Shown in pieces: positions 37,764 through 46,853 of a stretch of DNA of 64,000 nucleotides. The DNA lies in NCBI GenBank assembly GCA_964456855.1, contig CAYWCU010000002.1, positions 792-64,791 of the forward strand, read 5' to 3'. The stretch's first letter is position 1, and each line of letters starts with the position of its first letter. Both the position numbers and the translations under genes were made by a program. This DNA comes from an uncultured Candidatus Saccharibacteria bacterium. Its GTDB lineage: Bacteria > Patescibacteriota > Minisyncoccia > UBA9983. The notes under the pieces are model-generated. The model saw nothing but the letters and a program-made list of their open reading frames with translations, was not told the DNA's origin and ran no database searches.

Positions 37764-39569
37764 ATGGAGGCAAAAAATATAAGAAATTTCAGCATAATAG
37801 CTCACATTGACCACGGGAAATCCACTTTGGCGGACAGGATTTTGGAATTGACCGGCACCATTGAAAAGAGGAAAATGCAGGAGCAGATTTTGGACCAAAT
37901 GGAATTGGAACGCGAAAGAGGAATCACGATTAAAATGCAGCCCGTGCGAATGAACTATCAGCTATCAGCTATCAGCTATCAGCTTAACCTGATTGACACC
38001 CCCGGGCATATTGATTTTTCTTACGAAGTTTCCCGCGCCTTGAAAGCCGTTGAAGGAGCCGTTCTTTTGGTGGATGCCACCCAGGGCGTGCAGGCGCAGA
38101 CAATCAGCAACGTGGAAATGGCGAAGTCAATGGGGCTGACAGTTATTCCCGTTCTTAATAAAATGGACCTTCCTTCCGCGAACGCCGAAGAATCCAGAGA
38201 GGAAATAAAACGGCTGTTGGAAGGAGAAGGCGCGGAAGAAATAAAAATAATGGAAATATCCGCAAAAACGGGACAAGGCGTGAAAGAACTGCTAGAGGAA
38301 ATAATCGCGCGCGTTCCTCCCCCGAAATACGAATACAAGGACAGGCCGAGGGCGCTTATTTTTGATTTTGAATATTCAAACCACCAAGGGGTAATCGTTT
38401 ACGCGAGAATTATGGACGGAAAAATCAAAAAAGGAGATGAGCTCATCCTCTCTCAAACGAAAGAAAAATTCATTGTCGGAGAAGTGGGAATATTCAGCCC
38501 GCAGAAAAAATCTTGTGATGAATTATCCGCCGGGGAAATAGGATATATAGTAACCAATGTTAAAAAACCGAGTATCGCCGCCGTCGGAGATACTCTTGTT
38601 TCGCCGACCAACCCCCTCCCTCCTTTGCCCGGATATTGCAAACCGAAACCAGTCGTTTGGGCGAGTGTTTATCCTGATTCGCAAAATGATTTTAACAACC
38701 TTCGCCAGGCATTGGAACGCTTAAGACTTTCGGACAGTTCCCTCGCCTTTGAGGAAGAAACGAGTGGCGCTTTGGGAAGAGGTTTCCGCTGTGGTTTCCT
38801 CGGAATGCTTCATCTTGAAATAATAACCGAACGGCTTAGGCGCGAATTCAATTTAAACATTATTATCGCCGCTCCAACCATCAGCTATAAAATCCTTTTC
38901 ACGGACGGAACTGAGAAAGAAATATATTCACCCACTTTTTTCCCGGACGAAAACAGGATAAAGAAAATTTTTGAACCTTGGGTTGATATGGAAATTATGA
39001 GCCCGCCCGAAAAACTCGGGCCAGTGATGCAGCTTCTGCACGAACACGAGGCGGAAGTCGGAGAAATGAAGCAATTCGGAAATCACCGGACAATTCTAAA
39101 CGTGAAAATGCCGTTACGGGAACTGATGAGGGGTTTTTTTGACGAACTCAAAAGCGCGACAGCCGGCTACGCATCATTGAATTATAAAATTAATGAAATG
39201 CGGGAAGCTCCAGTCGGCGGAATACTAAAAATGGAGGTGCTTGTCGCCGAAGAGCCGGTGCCGGCCTTCGCGCGAATCGTAAGTAAAAAGCGCGTGCAGA
39301 AAGAAGCGGAAGAAACGGTGGAGAAATTGAAAAATATTCTTCCCCGGACGCTTTTTTCAATCAAAATTCAGGCGAAAGCCATGGGCAAAATACTGGCATC
39401 AAGATCGCTAACGGCAATGAAAAAAAATGTTACCGCTCATCTTTACGGAGGGGATATAACGAGAAAAATGAAATTGAGAGAGAAACAAAAAAGAGGAAAG
39501 AAGCGTATGAAAGAAATGGGAAAAGTTAACATTCCTCAAGAAGTGTTTGTGAAAATGGTTCAAAAATAA
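37764..39569 (+). CDS. lepA: translation elongation factor 4 (LepA)
   Basis: NFSIIAHIDHGKSTLADR, DTPGHIDFSYEVSRAL, NKMDLP, the LepA-specific C-terminal domain, 601 aa. Contains a (CTATCAG)x4 heptamer tract at 37955-37986 encoding YQLSAISYQL. Confidence 0.95.
   Translation: MEAKNIRNFSIIAHIDHGKSTLADRILELTGTIEKRKMQEQILDQMELERERGITIKMQPVRMNYQLSAISYQLNLIDTPGHIDFSYEVSRALKAVEGAVLLVDATQGVQAQTISNVEMAKSMGLTVIPVLNKMDLPSANAEESREEIKRLLEGEGAEEIKIMEISAKTGQGVKELLEEIIARVPPPKYEYKDRPRALIFDFEYSNHQGVIVYARIMDGKIKKGDELILSQTKEKFIVGEVGIFSPQKKSCDELSAGEIGYIVTNVKKPSIAAVGDTLVSPTNPLPPLPGYCKPKPVVWASVYPDSQNDFNNLRQALERLRLSDSSLAFEEETSGALGRGFRCGFLGMLHLEIITERLRREFNLNIIIAAPTISYKILFTDGTEKEIYSPTFFPDENRIKKIFEPWVDMEIMSPPEKLGPVMQLLHEHEAEVGEMKQFGNHRTILNVKMPLRELMRGFFDELKSATAGYASLNYKINEMREAPVGGILKMEVLVAEEPVPAFARIVSKKRVQKEAEETVEKLKNILPRTLFSIKIQAKAMGKILASRSLTAMKKNVTAHLYGGDITRKMKLREKQKRGKKRMKEMGKVNIPQEVFVKMVQK
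37955..37986. repeat. heptanucleotide tandem repeat (CTATCAG)x4 within lepA
   Basis: ctatcagctatcagctatcagctatcagctta, in frame. Confidence 0.85.
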
Positions 39570-39635
39570 CCAAGAAAAAATGTTGGGGAAATGGCGTAAA
39601 AAGCCTTTTTTGGGTTTATCCACAGGCGAAACCTG

Positions 39636-40772
39636 TTGATAAAAAAACAAGAGGAGTATAATGGAAGTATGAACAAGGGAAAGGCAGAGAAAACAACAAA
39701 GAAAAAACGACCCAGCGCCATTAAGCTCGCGCGAAGCGCGAAGAATCCGATAATTTCTCCAAGAGGAGAAAATGTATGGGAAAACAGACAGACTCTTAAC
39801 CCAGGAGCAATCTTATTGTCCGGCAAAATTCATATTCTTTACAGAGCGATGGGAGACGATTGGCTTTCCCGTTTGGGATACGCCTCTTCCAAAGACGGCG
39901 TTACGATTGACGAACGATTGCTTTACCCAGCCTATGAACATAAAATTTCTCGTCCCGGCTTCAGTTTTTATTCTTGCTCATCGGGAGGCAGTTTCGGAGG
40001 CATTGAAGACCCCCGCCTTATTCGCGTGGGGAATGAAGATACCATACATATGATTTATACCGCTTGCGACGGAGGATTGCGAGTGGGTTTGACTTCTATA
40101 AAAGTGGATGATTTTCTCCAAAAGAAATGGAATTGGAAATCATCCAAAATAATTTCCAAACCGGGAGAGGTTCACAAAAACTGGGTTATTTTCCCAGAAA
40201 AAATAAAAGGAAAATACGCCATTCTTCATAGCATAAGTCCGGAGATTTTGGTGGATTATGTTGATGACTTGGATTTTAAAGACGGAGCGTATATTGAGAG
40301 TTTATGCGGGAACAGATTATATATGGAGGGGGCGAAAAGAATCAACTGCTGGGATAATTGGGTGAGAGGGGCGGGGGCACCGCCGATTAAGACTCGGCTT
40401 GGCTGGCTTCTCCTTTATCAGGCGATGGAGGAAAAAAGCCCTGATAAATTCAAAGTCGGAGCGATGGTTCTTGATTTGAAAGATCCAACCAAAATCCTTT
40501 ATCGCGCCAAAGAGCCTATCCTTGAACCCAAGGAAGCTTACGAAAATAACGGCTTTAAGTCGGGCGTGGTTTATGTGACCGGAGCGGTCGTAAAAAACGG
40601 CGAGCTCTTGGTTTATTACGGCGCCTCGGATAGTTATGTCGGTCTCGCCAAAGCCAATTTGGAAGAATTTTTGAAAGCGCTTTCAAAAGAGAAAAAATCA
40701 AAACCAAAACTCAAATCAAAGAAGAATGATGAGAAGACGAAGACGGAAAAAAAGAAAGGGAAGGTCAAATAA
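39636..40772 (+). CDS. GH130-family glycoside phosphorylase/hydrolase-like protein with a Lys-rich C-terminal tail
   Basis: KNPIISPRGENVWENRQTLNPGAILLSGKIHILYRAMGDD ... GIEDPRLIR ... GAPPIKTRLGWLLLYQAM (GH130/DUF377 beta-propeller). Tail KEKKSKPKLKSKKNDEKTKTEKKKGKVK. Confidence 0.75.
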   Translation: MIKKQEEYNGSMNKGKAEKTTKKKRPSAIKLARSAKNPIISPRGENVWENRQTLNPGAILLSGKIHILYRAMGDDWLSRLGYASSKDGVTIDERLLYPAYEHKISRPGFSFYSCSSGGSFGGIEDPRLIRVGNEDTIHMIYTACDGGLRVGLTSIKVDDFLQKKWNWKSSKIISKPGEVHKNWVIFPEKIKGKYAILHSISPEILVDYVDDLDFKDGAYIESLCGNRLYMEGAKRINCWDNWVRGAGAPPIKTRLGWLLLYQAMEEKSPDKFKVGAMVLDLKDPTKILYRAKEPILEPKEAYENNGFKSGVVYVTGAVVKNGELLVYYGASDSYVGLAKANLEEFLKALSKEKKSKPKLKSKKNDEKTKTEKKKGKVK

Positions 40773-40773
40773 T

Positions 40774-42696
40774 ATGATTATTGAAAGGTATAAAAAAAAT
40801 CCGATACTGACGCCGAACAGCGACCAATCGTGGGAGGCGGAGGCTGTCTTTAATGGTTGTCCGGCTGTAAAGGGTGATAAAACCTTTCTCCTTTACCGCG
40901 CCATTTCTCTCCCCCATTATCATATGGTGGCAAAAACAAGACTTACCGTTTCAGACATCGGAATCGCGGAAAGCAAAGATGGCATCAATTTTACAAACCG
41001 AAGAAGATTCATTATTCCGGAACAGGAATGGGAAAAATTCGGATGCGAAGACCCTCGGGTAACAAAACTGGGCAGTAAGTATTATATCTTTTACACGGCT
41101 CTTTCAGGGTGGCCGCCAAACGCGGAGAGCATCAAAGTAGGACTCGCCATCAGCAAGGACTTGGAGACAATATCCGAGAAACACCTCGTTACACCCTTTA
41201 ACGCCAAGGCAATGGCACTTTTTCCCGAAAAGATTAACGGAAAAATATGGGCGGTTTTGACGGCAAACACCGACCAACCCCCGGCAAAAGTGTGCCTCGC
41301 CTCTTTCAACAAAGAGGAAGACATTTATTCCGAGAAACTCTGGAGCAAATGGTATCAAAATATTGATAAACACGCATTGCCGCTTCAAAGACGACCGCAA
41401 GATCTGGTTGAGGTCGGCGCTCCGCCGATAAAAACAAAATGGGGATGGCTTTTGATTTATTCTCACATCAAAAATTACTATTCAGACAAGAGACTTTTCG
41501 GAATAGAAGCGGTGTTGCTTGATTTGAAAAATCCGCGCAAAATCATCGCTCAAACCGACTTCCCCTTTCTTTATCCGGAAGAATATTACGAAAAACACGG
41601 CATGGTGCCGAATGTCATTTTTCCATCAGGGGCATTGTTGAAAAAAAACAGAATTTTCCTTTATTATGGGTCAGCCGACACCAGTTGCTCATTGGCTTTT
41701 ATTGAAGCGAAAGCCTTTATTGAAAAATTCGTTAAAAAGGACATCGTCTTGACGAAATTGAAAAGGGCAAAGGGAAACCCGATTATAATTCCGAATGAAA
41801 ACCACCCGTGGGAAGCGAAAGCGACCTTTAATCCCGCGGCAATCTACCTTGGCGGGGATGTTCACATCCTCTATAGAGCGATGGGAGAGGAAAACACTTC
41901 CGTCTTCGGCTACGCTCGGAGCCGGGATGGTGTTCACATTGATTACCGTTCGGAAGAACCCGCCTATGTTCCAAGAGAGCCGTTTGAAGAGAAACTCCAG
42001 CCGGGAGGAAATTCGGGCTGCGAAGATCCTCGCCTCGTAAAACTGGGAAATAAAATATATGTATTCTACACCGCCTATGATGGGAAAAATCCTCCGCGCG
42101 TAGCTTTAAGTTGGATTACCTCAACCGATTTTCTGAAGCAAAAATGGAACTGGTCCCGTCCAACCCTTATTTCCCCTCCCGGTATTGACGACAAAGACTC
42201 GGCGATGTTTCCGGAAAAAATCAAAGGTAAATATTTGATAATTCATCGCAGTGGAGACGATATTGACCTTTCTTTCAATAAAAGTTTGGAATTTGACGGA
42301 ACCCACTGGCTGGAAGAATACCGCTGGCTGATGCCGAGAAGAGGGTGGTGGGACTCCAGAAGGGTGGGGATTGCCGCTTCTCCGATTAAAACCGCCACCG
42401 GATGGCTCCTGCTTTACCACGGGATTTCTGAAGACGACGGAGTTTACCGCGTCGGAGCGGTGCTCACCGATTTACGCGATCCTATAAAAATCATCAGCCG
42501 CACGGATTATCCGATTTTTGAACCGGAAGCCGATTATGAAAAGGAGGGGTTGGTCAATAATGTTGTTTTTCCTTGCGGGGCGGCGCTAATCGGCAAAGAA
42601 CTGTTTGTTTATTACGGAGCAGCCGACAAAGTAACGGGTGTGGCGTCGGTAAACATTAATAAGCTTCTTGATATCCTTAAATTATGCAAATGCTAA
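40774..42696 (+). CDS. protein with two tandem GH130 domains
   Basis: Two copies of the NPI(L/I)xP..xxWEAxAxFN...LYRA...CEDPR...GAPPIKT..GWLL(I/L)Y pattern. The start was set to MIIERYKKNPIL (40774) rather than the Arg-rich track start 40726. Confidence 0.75.
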   Translation: MIIERYKKNPILTPNSDQSWEAEAVFNGCPAVKGDKTFLLYRAISLPHYHMVAKTRLTVSDIGIAESKDGINFTNRRRFIIPEQEWEKFGCEDPRVTKLGSKYYIFYTALSGWPPNAESIKVGLAISKDLETISEKHLVTPFNAKAMALFPEKINGKIWAVLTANTDQPPAKVCLASFNKEEDIYSEKLWSKWYQNIDKHALPLQRRPQDLVEVGAPPIKTKWGWLLIYSHIKNYYSDKRLFGIEAVLLDLKNPRKIIAQTDFPFLYPEEYYEKHGMVPNVIFPSGALLKKNRIFLYYGSADTSCSLAFIEAKAFIEKFVKKDIVLTKLKRAKGNPIIIPNENHPWEAKATFNPAAIYLGGDVHILYRAMGEENTSVFGYARSRDGVHIDYRSEEPAYVPREPFEEKLQPGGNSGCEDPRLVKLGNKIYVFYTAYDGKNPPRVALSWITSTDFLKQKWNWSRPTLISPPGIDDKDSAMFPEKIKGKYLIIHRSGDDIDLSFNKSLEFDGTHWLEEYRWLMPRRGWWDSRRVGIAASPIKTATGWLLLYHGISEDDGVYRVGAVLTDLRDPIKIISRTDYPIFEPEADYEKEGLVNNVVFPCGAALIGKELFVYYGAADKVTGVASVNINKLLDILKLCKC

Positions 42697-43055
42697 ACAA
42701 AACAAAACAATCAAAGGAGTTTGAGTTGGTTAAAAAACCGTGGGGCGCTTACTTGATTTTGGAAAAACATCCGGACTATTGGATTAAAAAACTTTTTGTA
42801 AATGAGGGGGAAGAATTAAGCCTTCAAAGCCATAAAGAAAGAGATGAAATATGGATGGTTCTAAGAGGAAAAATTGACGCCCTGAGGGGAAGCAAACACT
42901 TTATCCTGAAAGAAGGAGATTTCATAAAAATAAACAAAAGGGAAAAGCACAGGATTCTCGGCCTGAAAAAATCATGTGTTATGGAGGTGGCTTTTGGGAG
43001 ACCAAGAGAAAGAGACATTATCCGTTATAAAGATAAATACGGCAGGATTAAATAA
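42684..43055 (+). CDS. cupin-domain protein (mannose-6-phosphate isomerase type II C-terminal cupin-like)
   Basis: KPWGAYLIL ... GEELSLQSHKERDEIWMVLRG ... GDFIKINKREKHRILG. Confidence 0.7.
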   Translation: MQMLNKTKQSKEFELVKKPWGAYLILEKHPDYWIKKLFVNEGEELSLQSHKERDEIWMVLRGKIDALRGSKHFILKEGDFIKINKREKHRILGLKKSCVMEVAFGRPRERDIIRYKDKYGRIK

Positions 43056-43213
43056 TCGCGAGAATGGGCGGAAAAGCGCCCAAAGAACTAAAAAAGAGGG
43101 GCGATTAAGAAAAGAACCATACCGACTACAGCGAGAAGGCTCACCGCCGTCCAGATAAATTGGTATCTTCTTTTTTGCCTTTTTGTTTTCATAAAAGTTA
43201 TAATACTCCTTAT

Positions 43214-43603
43214 ATGCGAGAATTTCAAGAGAGAAAAAAAATACAAAAAAAAATCTTTTCACCTTTTGCGCTTGCGGCTCTTTTAATTCTCTTTCTTTTT
43301 TTGACCGTCTCAACGGCAAAAATGTATTTAAAGAGAAGAGCGGCGGCGGAAAAAAACAGAATAACCGAACGGCAACTTGTTGAAATCAAAGAAAAGAACG
43401 CGGAAATGAAAAAAGAAATAGAGCGCCTGCGAAGCGATTTTGGGAAGGAAGCGGAAATACGGAAAAAATTTAATGTTCAAAAACCGGGCGAGAAAGTAAT
43501 TGTGATAGTGGACAAAGTGCCGGAAAAAGATAAAATAAATCCAGAGAAAAAAGAGAGCGGTTTTTTCTCGGGCATTTTCAGAGCGATAAAAAATATATTT
43601 TAG
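43214..43603 (+). CDS. FtsB/DivIC-like septum formation initiator (TM + coiled coil)
   Basis: Single TM FALAALLILFLFLTV followed by a coiled coil (QLVEIKEKNAEMKKEIERLRSDF). Start at ATG 43214. Confidence 0.5.
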   Translation: MREFQERKKIQKKIFSPFALAALLILFLFLTVSTAKMYLKRRAAAEKNRITERQLVEIKEKNAEMKKEIERLRSDFGKEAEIRKKFNVQKPGEKVIVIVDKVPEKDKINPEKKESGFFSGIFRAIKNIF

Positions 43604-43676
43604 CGGGATTAGTTTAGTGGCAGAATACGACCTTCCCAAGGTTGAGGCACGGGTTCGATTCCCGTATCCCGCACCA
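43603..43676 (+). tRNA. tRNA-Gly (anticodon CCC)
   Basis: Cloverleaf with acceptor GCGGGAT/ATCCCGC, D-arm GTTT-AGTGGCA-GAAT, anticodon arm CGACC-TTCCCAA-GGTTG, T-arm ACGGG-TTCGATT-CCCGT, discriminator A and encoded CCA. Aligns to bacterial tRNA-Gly. Confidence 0.85.
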
Positions 43677-43696
43677 GAATAGAACTCGTCCGCGCC

Positions 43697-43805
43697 ACTC
43701 TCGCCTCGCTCTACTCGGCGAGCCACAAAAAAACAAAATTTGCCTTTTCACCACAGGCACTGCGTTTTGTATTCAATCTTGAACAAAACGGGAGCCTTTT
43801 TCAAA
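43697..43805. repeat. left terminal inverted repeat of the island
   Basis: gccactctcgcctcgctctactcggcgagcc ... ttcaccacaggcactgcgttttgtattcaatc ... gaacaaaacgggagccttt matches the reverse complement of 48300-48432. Confidence 0.7.
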
Positions 43806-43968
43806 AAAAATTGGGGGGCGAAAAAAAGGATAAAAACGCAAAGGCAAAATTTTGGTTTTTGTGGATTCGCTATGAGTGTTATTAAAGAAAGTAGTTTTTT
43901 GAAAATGTTAGAATATGTTATACTATCAGAATAGTAGAAAGAGAATATATTTTTTATCTAAAATACTT

Positions 43969-44166
43969 ATGTCCAACATTTCAAAAAATTTACGAAAAGC
44001 AAGAGAGAAAAAAGGTTTGTCGCAGGAGCGATTGGCACGGTTGGCAGATGTTGCTAATAACACCATAATCAAACTTGAGGCGGGCAAAAATCAAAATCCC
44101 ACGCTGGATACTTTGCAAAAAGTATCCAGAGCATTAGAAATGAGTGTTGATAATTTAATTAAATAA
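43969..44166 (+). CDS. XRE-family HTH transcriptional regulator (candidate controller C-protein)
   Basis: LRKAREKKGLSQERLARLADVANNTIIKLEAGKNQNPTLDTLQKVSRAL is a Cro/CI-type HTH. Located 4 nt upstream of the nuclease gene. Confidence 0.7.
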   Translation: MSNISKNLRKAREKKGLSQERLARLADVANNTIIKLEAGKNQNPTLDTLQKVSRALEMSVDNLIK

Positions 44167-44170
44167 TATT

Positions 44171-45052
44171 ATGACAAACAAAACATTAGATAAAAAAGAA
44201 GCAATAAAGTCTATAGTTAGAACAGCTGTCGAAGCTTACGCAACAGGATTTCAAGCTCGGCACGAAGGCGAGATTGATAACCCCAATGGAGTTATCAATA
44301 TGAAAATTCATAATGTTTTTATTGCCGCACTTGGTAAAGATATTCAATATTATTCTGCTCTCGTGCGTTCTCTTGATAGTTCGCTTGGAAACATGCTTGA
44401 GGGAATGGCTATAAATATTGCAAAACTTTTTTACGAAGTAAACAAAAGTGTTGAAGGAAATTTATATCCAGAACAAACATCAAAAATTGCTGAATTGTTA
44501 GAAGCATACAAAAATACAAAAAATCCTCTCAAGCCATTACTTTCACATTATGATGAAATACGAAAAATAAAACCTAACCCAAAATCTAAAATTCAAACCA
44601 AAGTCCATGTTAGCGATTATTATTTAATTGATAAAGAAACAAACACTCATCACTTGATTGAATTAAAAATTGGCGGAGATTTAGATAATAAAAAAGCGCG
44701 TTCTGAAAAAGAAGCAATTTTTGAGCAATATGCGATATTGTCAAACTCTTTAGATAAAAATGCAAAAATAAAAGCGCACTTCGCAACTGCTTATAATAGA
44801 TTTGGAGAAAATAGCGAATGGAAACAAGGAAGAGTTTTACAATTCTTTTCAAAAGACGAACTTTTGATTGGAAAAGATTTTTGGAATTTTGTTTGCAAGT
44901 CTGATGATGGTTATGATTTAGTTTTGGGTGTGTATAAAGAGGCAGTGAAAAATTTAAAATATAAAAAAGTTGATGATAATTTACATATTTTTGAAGAATT
45001 TAACAACATATCTTATTTTTTCAACAATAAATTTGAACCAATAACTATATAA
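44171..45052 (+). CDS. putative PD-(D/E)xK restriction endonuclease-like protein
   Basis: VSDYYLID ... HLIELKIGG fits a D...(D/E)xK nuclease core. The gene sits between an XRE C-protein-like gene and a methylase remnant. No close family assignment is possible by eye. Confidence 0.4.
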   Translation: MTNKTLDKKEAIKSIVRTAVEAYATGFQARHEGEIDNPNGVINMKIHNVFIAALGKDIQYYSALVRSLDSSLGNMLEGMAINIAKLFYEVNKSVEGNLYPEQTSKIAELLEAYKNTKNPLKPLLSHYDEIRKIKPNPKSKIQTKVHVSDYYLIDKETNTHHLIELKIGGDLDNKKARSEKEAIFEQYAILSNSLDKNAKIKAHFATAYNRFGENSEWKQGRVLQFFSKDELLIGKDFWNFVCKSDDGYDLVLGVYKEAVKNLKYKKVDDNLHIFEEFNNISYFFNNKFEPITI

Positions 45053-45059
45053 AAATAAT

Positions 45060-45710
45060 ATGACAAAAGTTGAAGCAATAAAAAAATTACTTGAAGATAA
45101 CGGAGGCATCGCCACTTGGGAGATTATTTATAATGAAATTGAAAAATATTACCCAACAGCAAAAGTGTCTCGAGAGTGGCAAGCAGGAATTCGCGGTGTT
45201 TTATATCGTGAAATTAAAAACAATAGAACTTTTAAGAAAATAGGAGAAGGGACTTTTGCTCTTTTAGATTATGATGAAAGTAGTTTAATTCTTCCAGAGG
45301 AAAAATTAGAAGGTAAAACAACAACAAAAGATGTCATTACAAAAATAAGGATTGGTCAAGCACAATTTAGAAAGAAATTGATTTTAAGTTTGAAAAGATG
45401 TCCTATTACAAAAATTGATGATCCCAGAATATTGAACGCAAGTCATATAAAACCATGGGTAATGTCAGACAATAAAGAAAGATTAGATACAAAAAATGGT
45501 TTTCTGTTTAGTCCAACTTTTGATAAATTGTTTGATAGAGGATTTATAACATTTTCAAATAACAAAGAAATTATAATTTCTGTAACACTTGCACAAAAAA
45601 ATATTGATAGATTAAATATATTTTCAGGACAACGATTTGAAGATTTGCCAGTTGCTGGTAGAGAAGAATATTTAGAGTACCACCGAAATAAGATTTTTTT
45701 GCATGCTTAG
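45060..45710 (+). CDS. HNH endonuclease (HNH_2-type) with an N-terminal winged-helix-like domain
   Basis: CPITKIDDPRILNASHIKPW ... NGFLFSPTFDKLFDRGFITF is the HNH_2 motif region. Confidence 0.6.
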   Translation: MTKVEAIKKLLEDNGGIATWEIIYNEIEKYYPTAKVSREWQAGIRGVLYREIKNNRTFKKIGEGTFALLDYDESSLILPEEKLEGKTTTKDVITKIRIGQAQFRKKLILSLKRCPITKIDDPRILNASHIKPWVMSDNKERLDTKNGFLFSPTFDKLFDRGFITFSNNKEIIISVTLAQKNIDRLNIFSGQRFEDLPVAGREEYLEYHRNKIFLHA

Positions 45711-45723
45711 TAATATATAACTT

Positions 45724-46551
45724 ATGAAAAAAGAATTTATCGTAAAAAATGTAAATATAAATTTTTTCTCTCAAAAAGAGGAAGATTTTATTTCGCTGAC
45801 TGATATTGCGAAATACAAGAACGCAGAAGCCCCTGCTGATGTGGTAAAAAATTGGCTTAGATCAAAAAATACCATTGAATTTCTTGGTTTTTGGGAAAAA
45901 ATTAATAATCCAAATTTTAAACTGGTCGAATTTGACCAGTTTTGGAAAAATGCTGGAACAAATGCTTTTGTTCTTTCTCCTAGCAAGTGGATAAGCACCA
46001 CAAACGCGATTGGTCTTATTTCAAAATCTGGAAGAAATGGTGGAACTTTTGCTCACAAAGATATTGCTTTTAAATTTGCATCTTGGATTTCTGCAGAATT
46101 TGAGTTGTATATAATTAAAGAATTTCAAAGACTTAAAGAAGATGAAAATGAACGATTACTACTTGGTTGGGATGCAAAACGAACACTAACAAAAATAAAT
46201 TATAAAATTCATACTGATGCGATAAAAAAGCATATTATTCCTCAATTAGTCACAAAAAAGGAAACTAAATTTATTTATGCAAATGAAGCCGATGTTTTAA
46301 ATGTCGCTCTTTTTGGAATGACAGCCAAACAATGGCGAGAGAAAAACAAAGGCAAAAAAGGTAATGTCCGTGATGAAGCAAATGTATATCAACTTGTTTG
46401 TTTGGCTAATTTGGAAAGTATGAATGCCGAACTTATTCGACAAGGAATTTCACAACCTGAAAGATTGAAACAATTAAATAAAATAGCAATTATTCAAATG
46501 CAGTCACTTGTTGAAAATAAAACTGTTAAAAAACTTTCATCTAGAAATTAA
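45724..46551 (+). CDS. KilA-N domain protein (phage-associated)
   Basis: ISLTDIAKYKN ... VKNWLRSKNTIEFLGFWE ... GTFAHKDIAFKFASWIS has KilA-N/APSES-like domain features. Confidence 0.6.
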   Translation: MKKEFIVKNVNINFFSQKEEDFISLTDIAKYKNAEAPADVVKNWLRSKNTIEFLGFWEKINNPNFKLVEFDQFWKNAGTNAFVLSPSKWISTTNAIGLISKSGRNGGTFAHKDIAFKFASWISAEFELYIIKEFQRLKEDENERLLLGWDAKRTLTKINYKIHTDAIKKHIIPQLVTKKETKFIYANEADVLNVALFGMTAKQWREKNKGKKGNVRDEANVYQLVCLANLESMNAELIRQGISQPERLKQLNKIAIIQMQSLVENKTVKKLSSRN

Positions 46552-46572
46552 GGATGTTTAATTTAAAAATAA

Positions 46573-46851
46573 ATGAAAGATACAGATTGGATTTTTGGAC
46601 TTTGCAAAGGCAAAGAAAGATTGAAAGATGAAAATGGAATAAAAGCACACCCTACACAAAAACCGCTAAAACTCATTCAGCAAGTTTTGCTTTCTGCAAG
46701 TAATAAGGGCGACATAGTTTTTGACCCATTTATGGGAAGTGGCACAACTGCGATTGTTGCCGAAGCACTTGGGCGAAAATGGTTTGGAATTGAGAAAGAT
46801 AAAAAATATGTCGCACTTGCCGAAAAAAGAATAGAATTTATAAAAAAATAA
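46573..46851 (+). pseudogene. C-terminal fragment of a beta-class N6A/N4C DNA methyltransferase (orphan remnant)
   Basis: HPTQKPLKLIQQVL ... FDPFMGSGTTAIVAEALGRKWFGIEKD contains the HPTQKP and FxGSGTT (motif I) elements. The DPPY catalytic region is missing because the ORF is only 92 aa. Confidence 0.7.
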
Positions 46852-46853
46852 TT

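Noticed and set aside
16243-37986. CRISPR array interpretation of the short tandem repeats
   Set aside because: Units are 7 nt with no spacers, only 3-4 copies, and lie inside protein-coding frames. No cas genes are present.
40726-40773. Arg-rich N-terminal extension MMRRRRRKKRKGRSNN of the second GH130 gene
   Set aside because: This is the alternative-frame reading of the upstream gene's poly-Lys tail. The start was reassigned to MIIERYKKNPIL at 40774, which aligns with the other GH130 domain N-termini.
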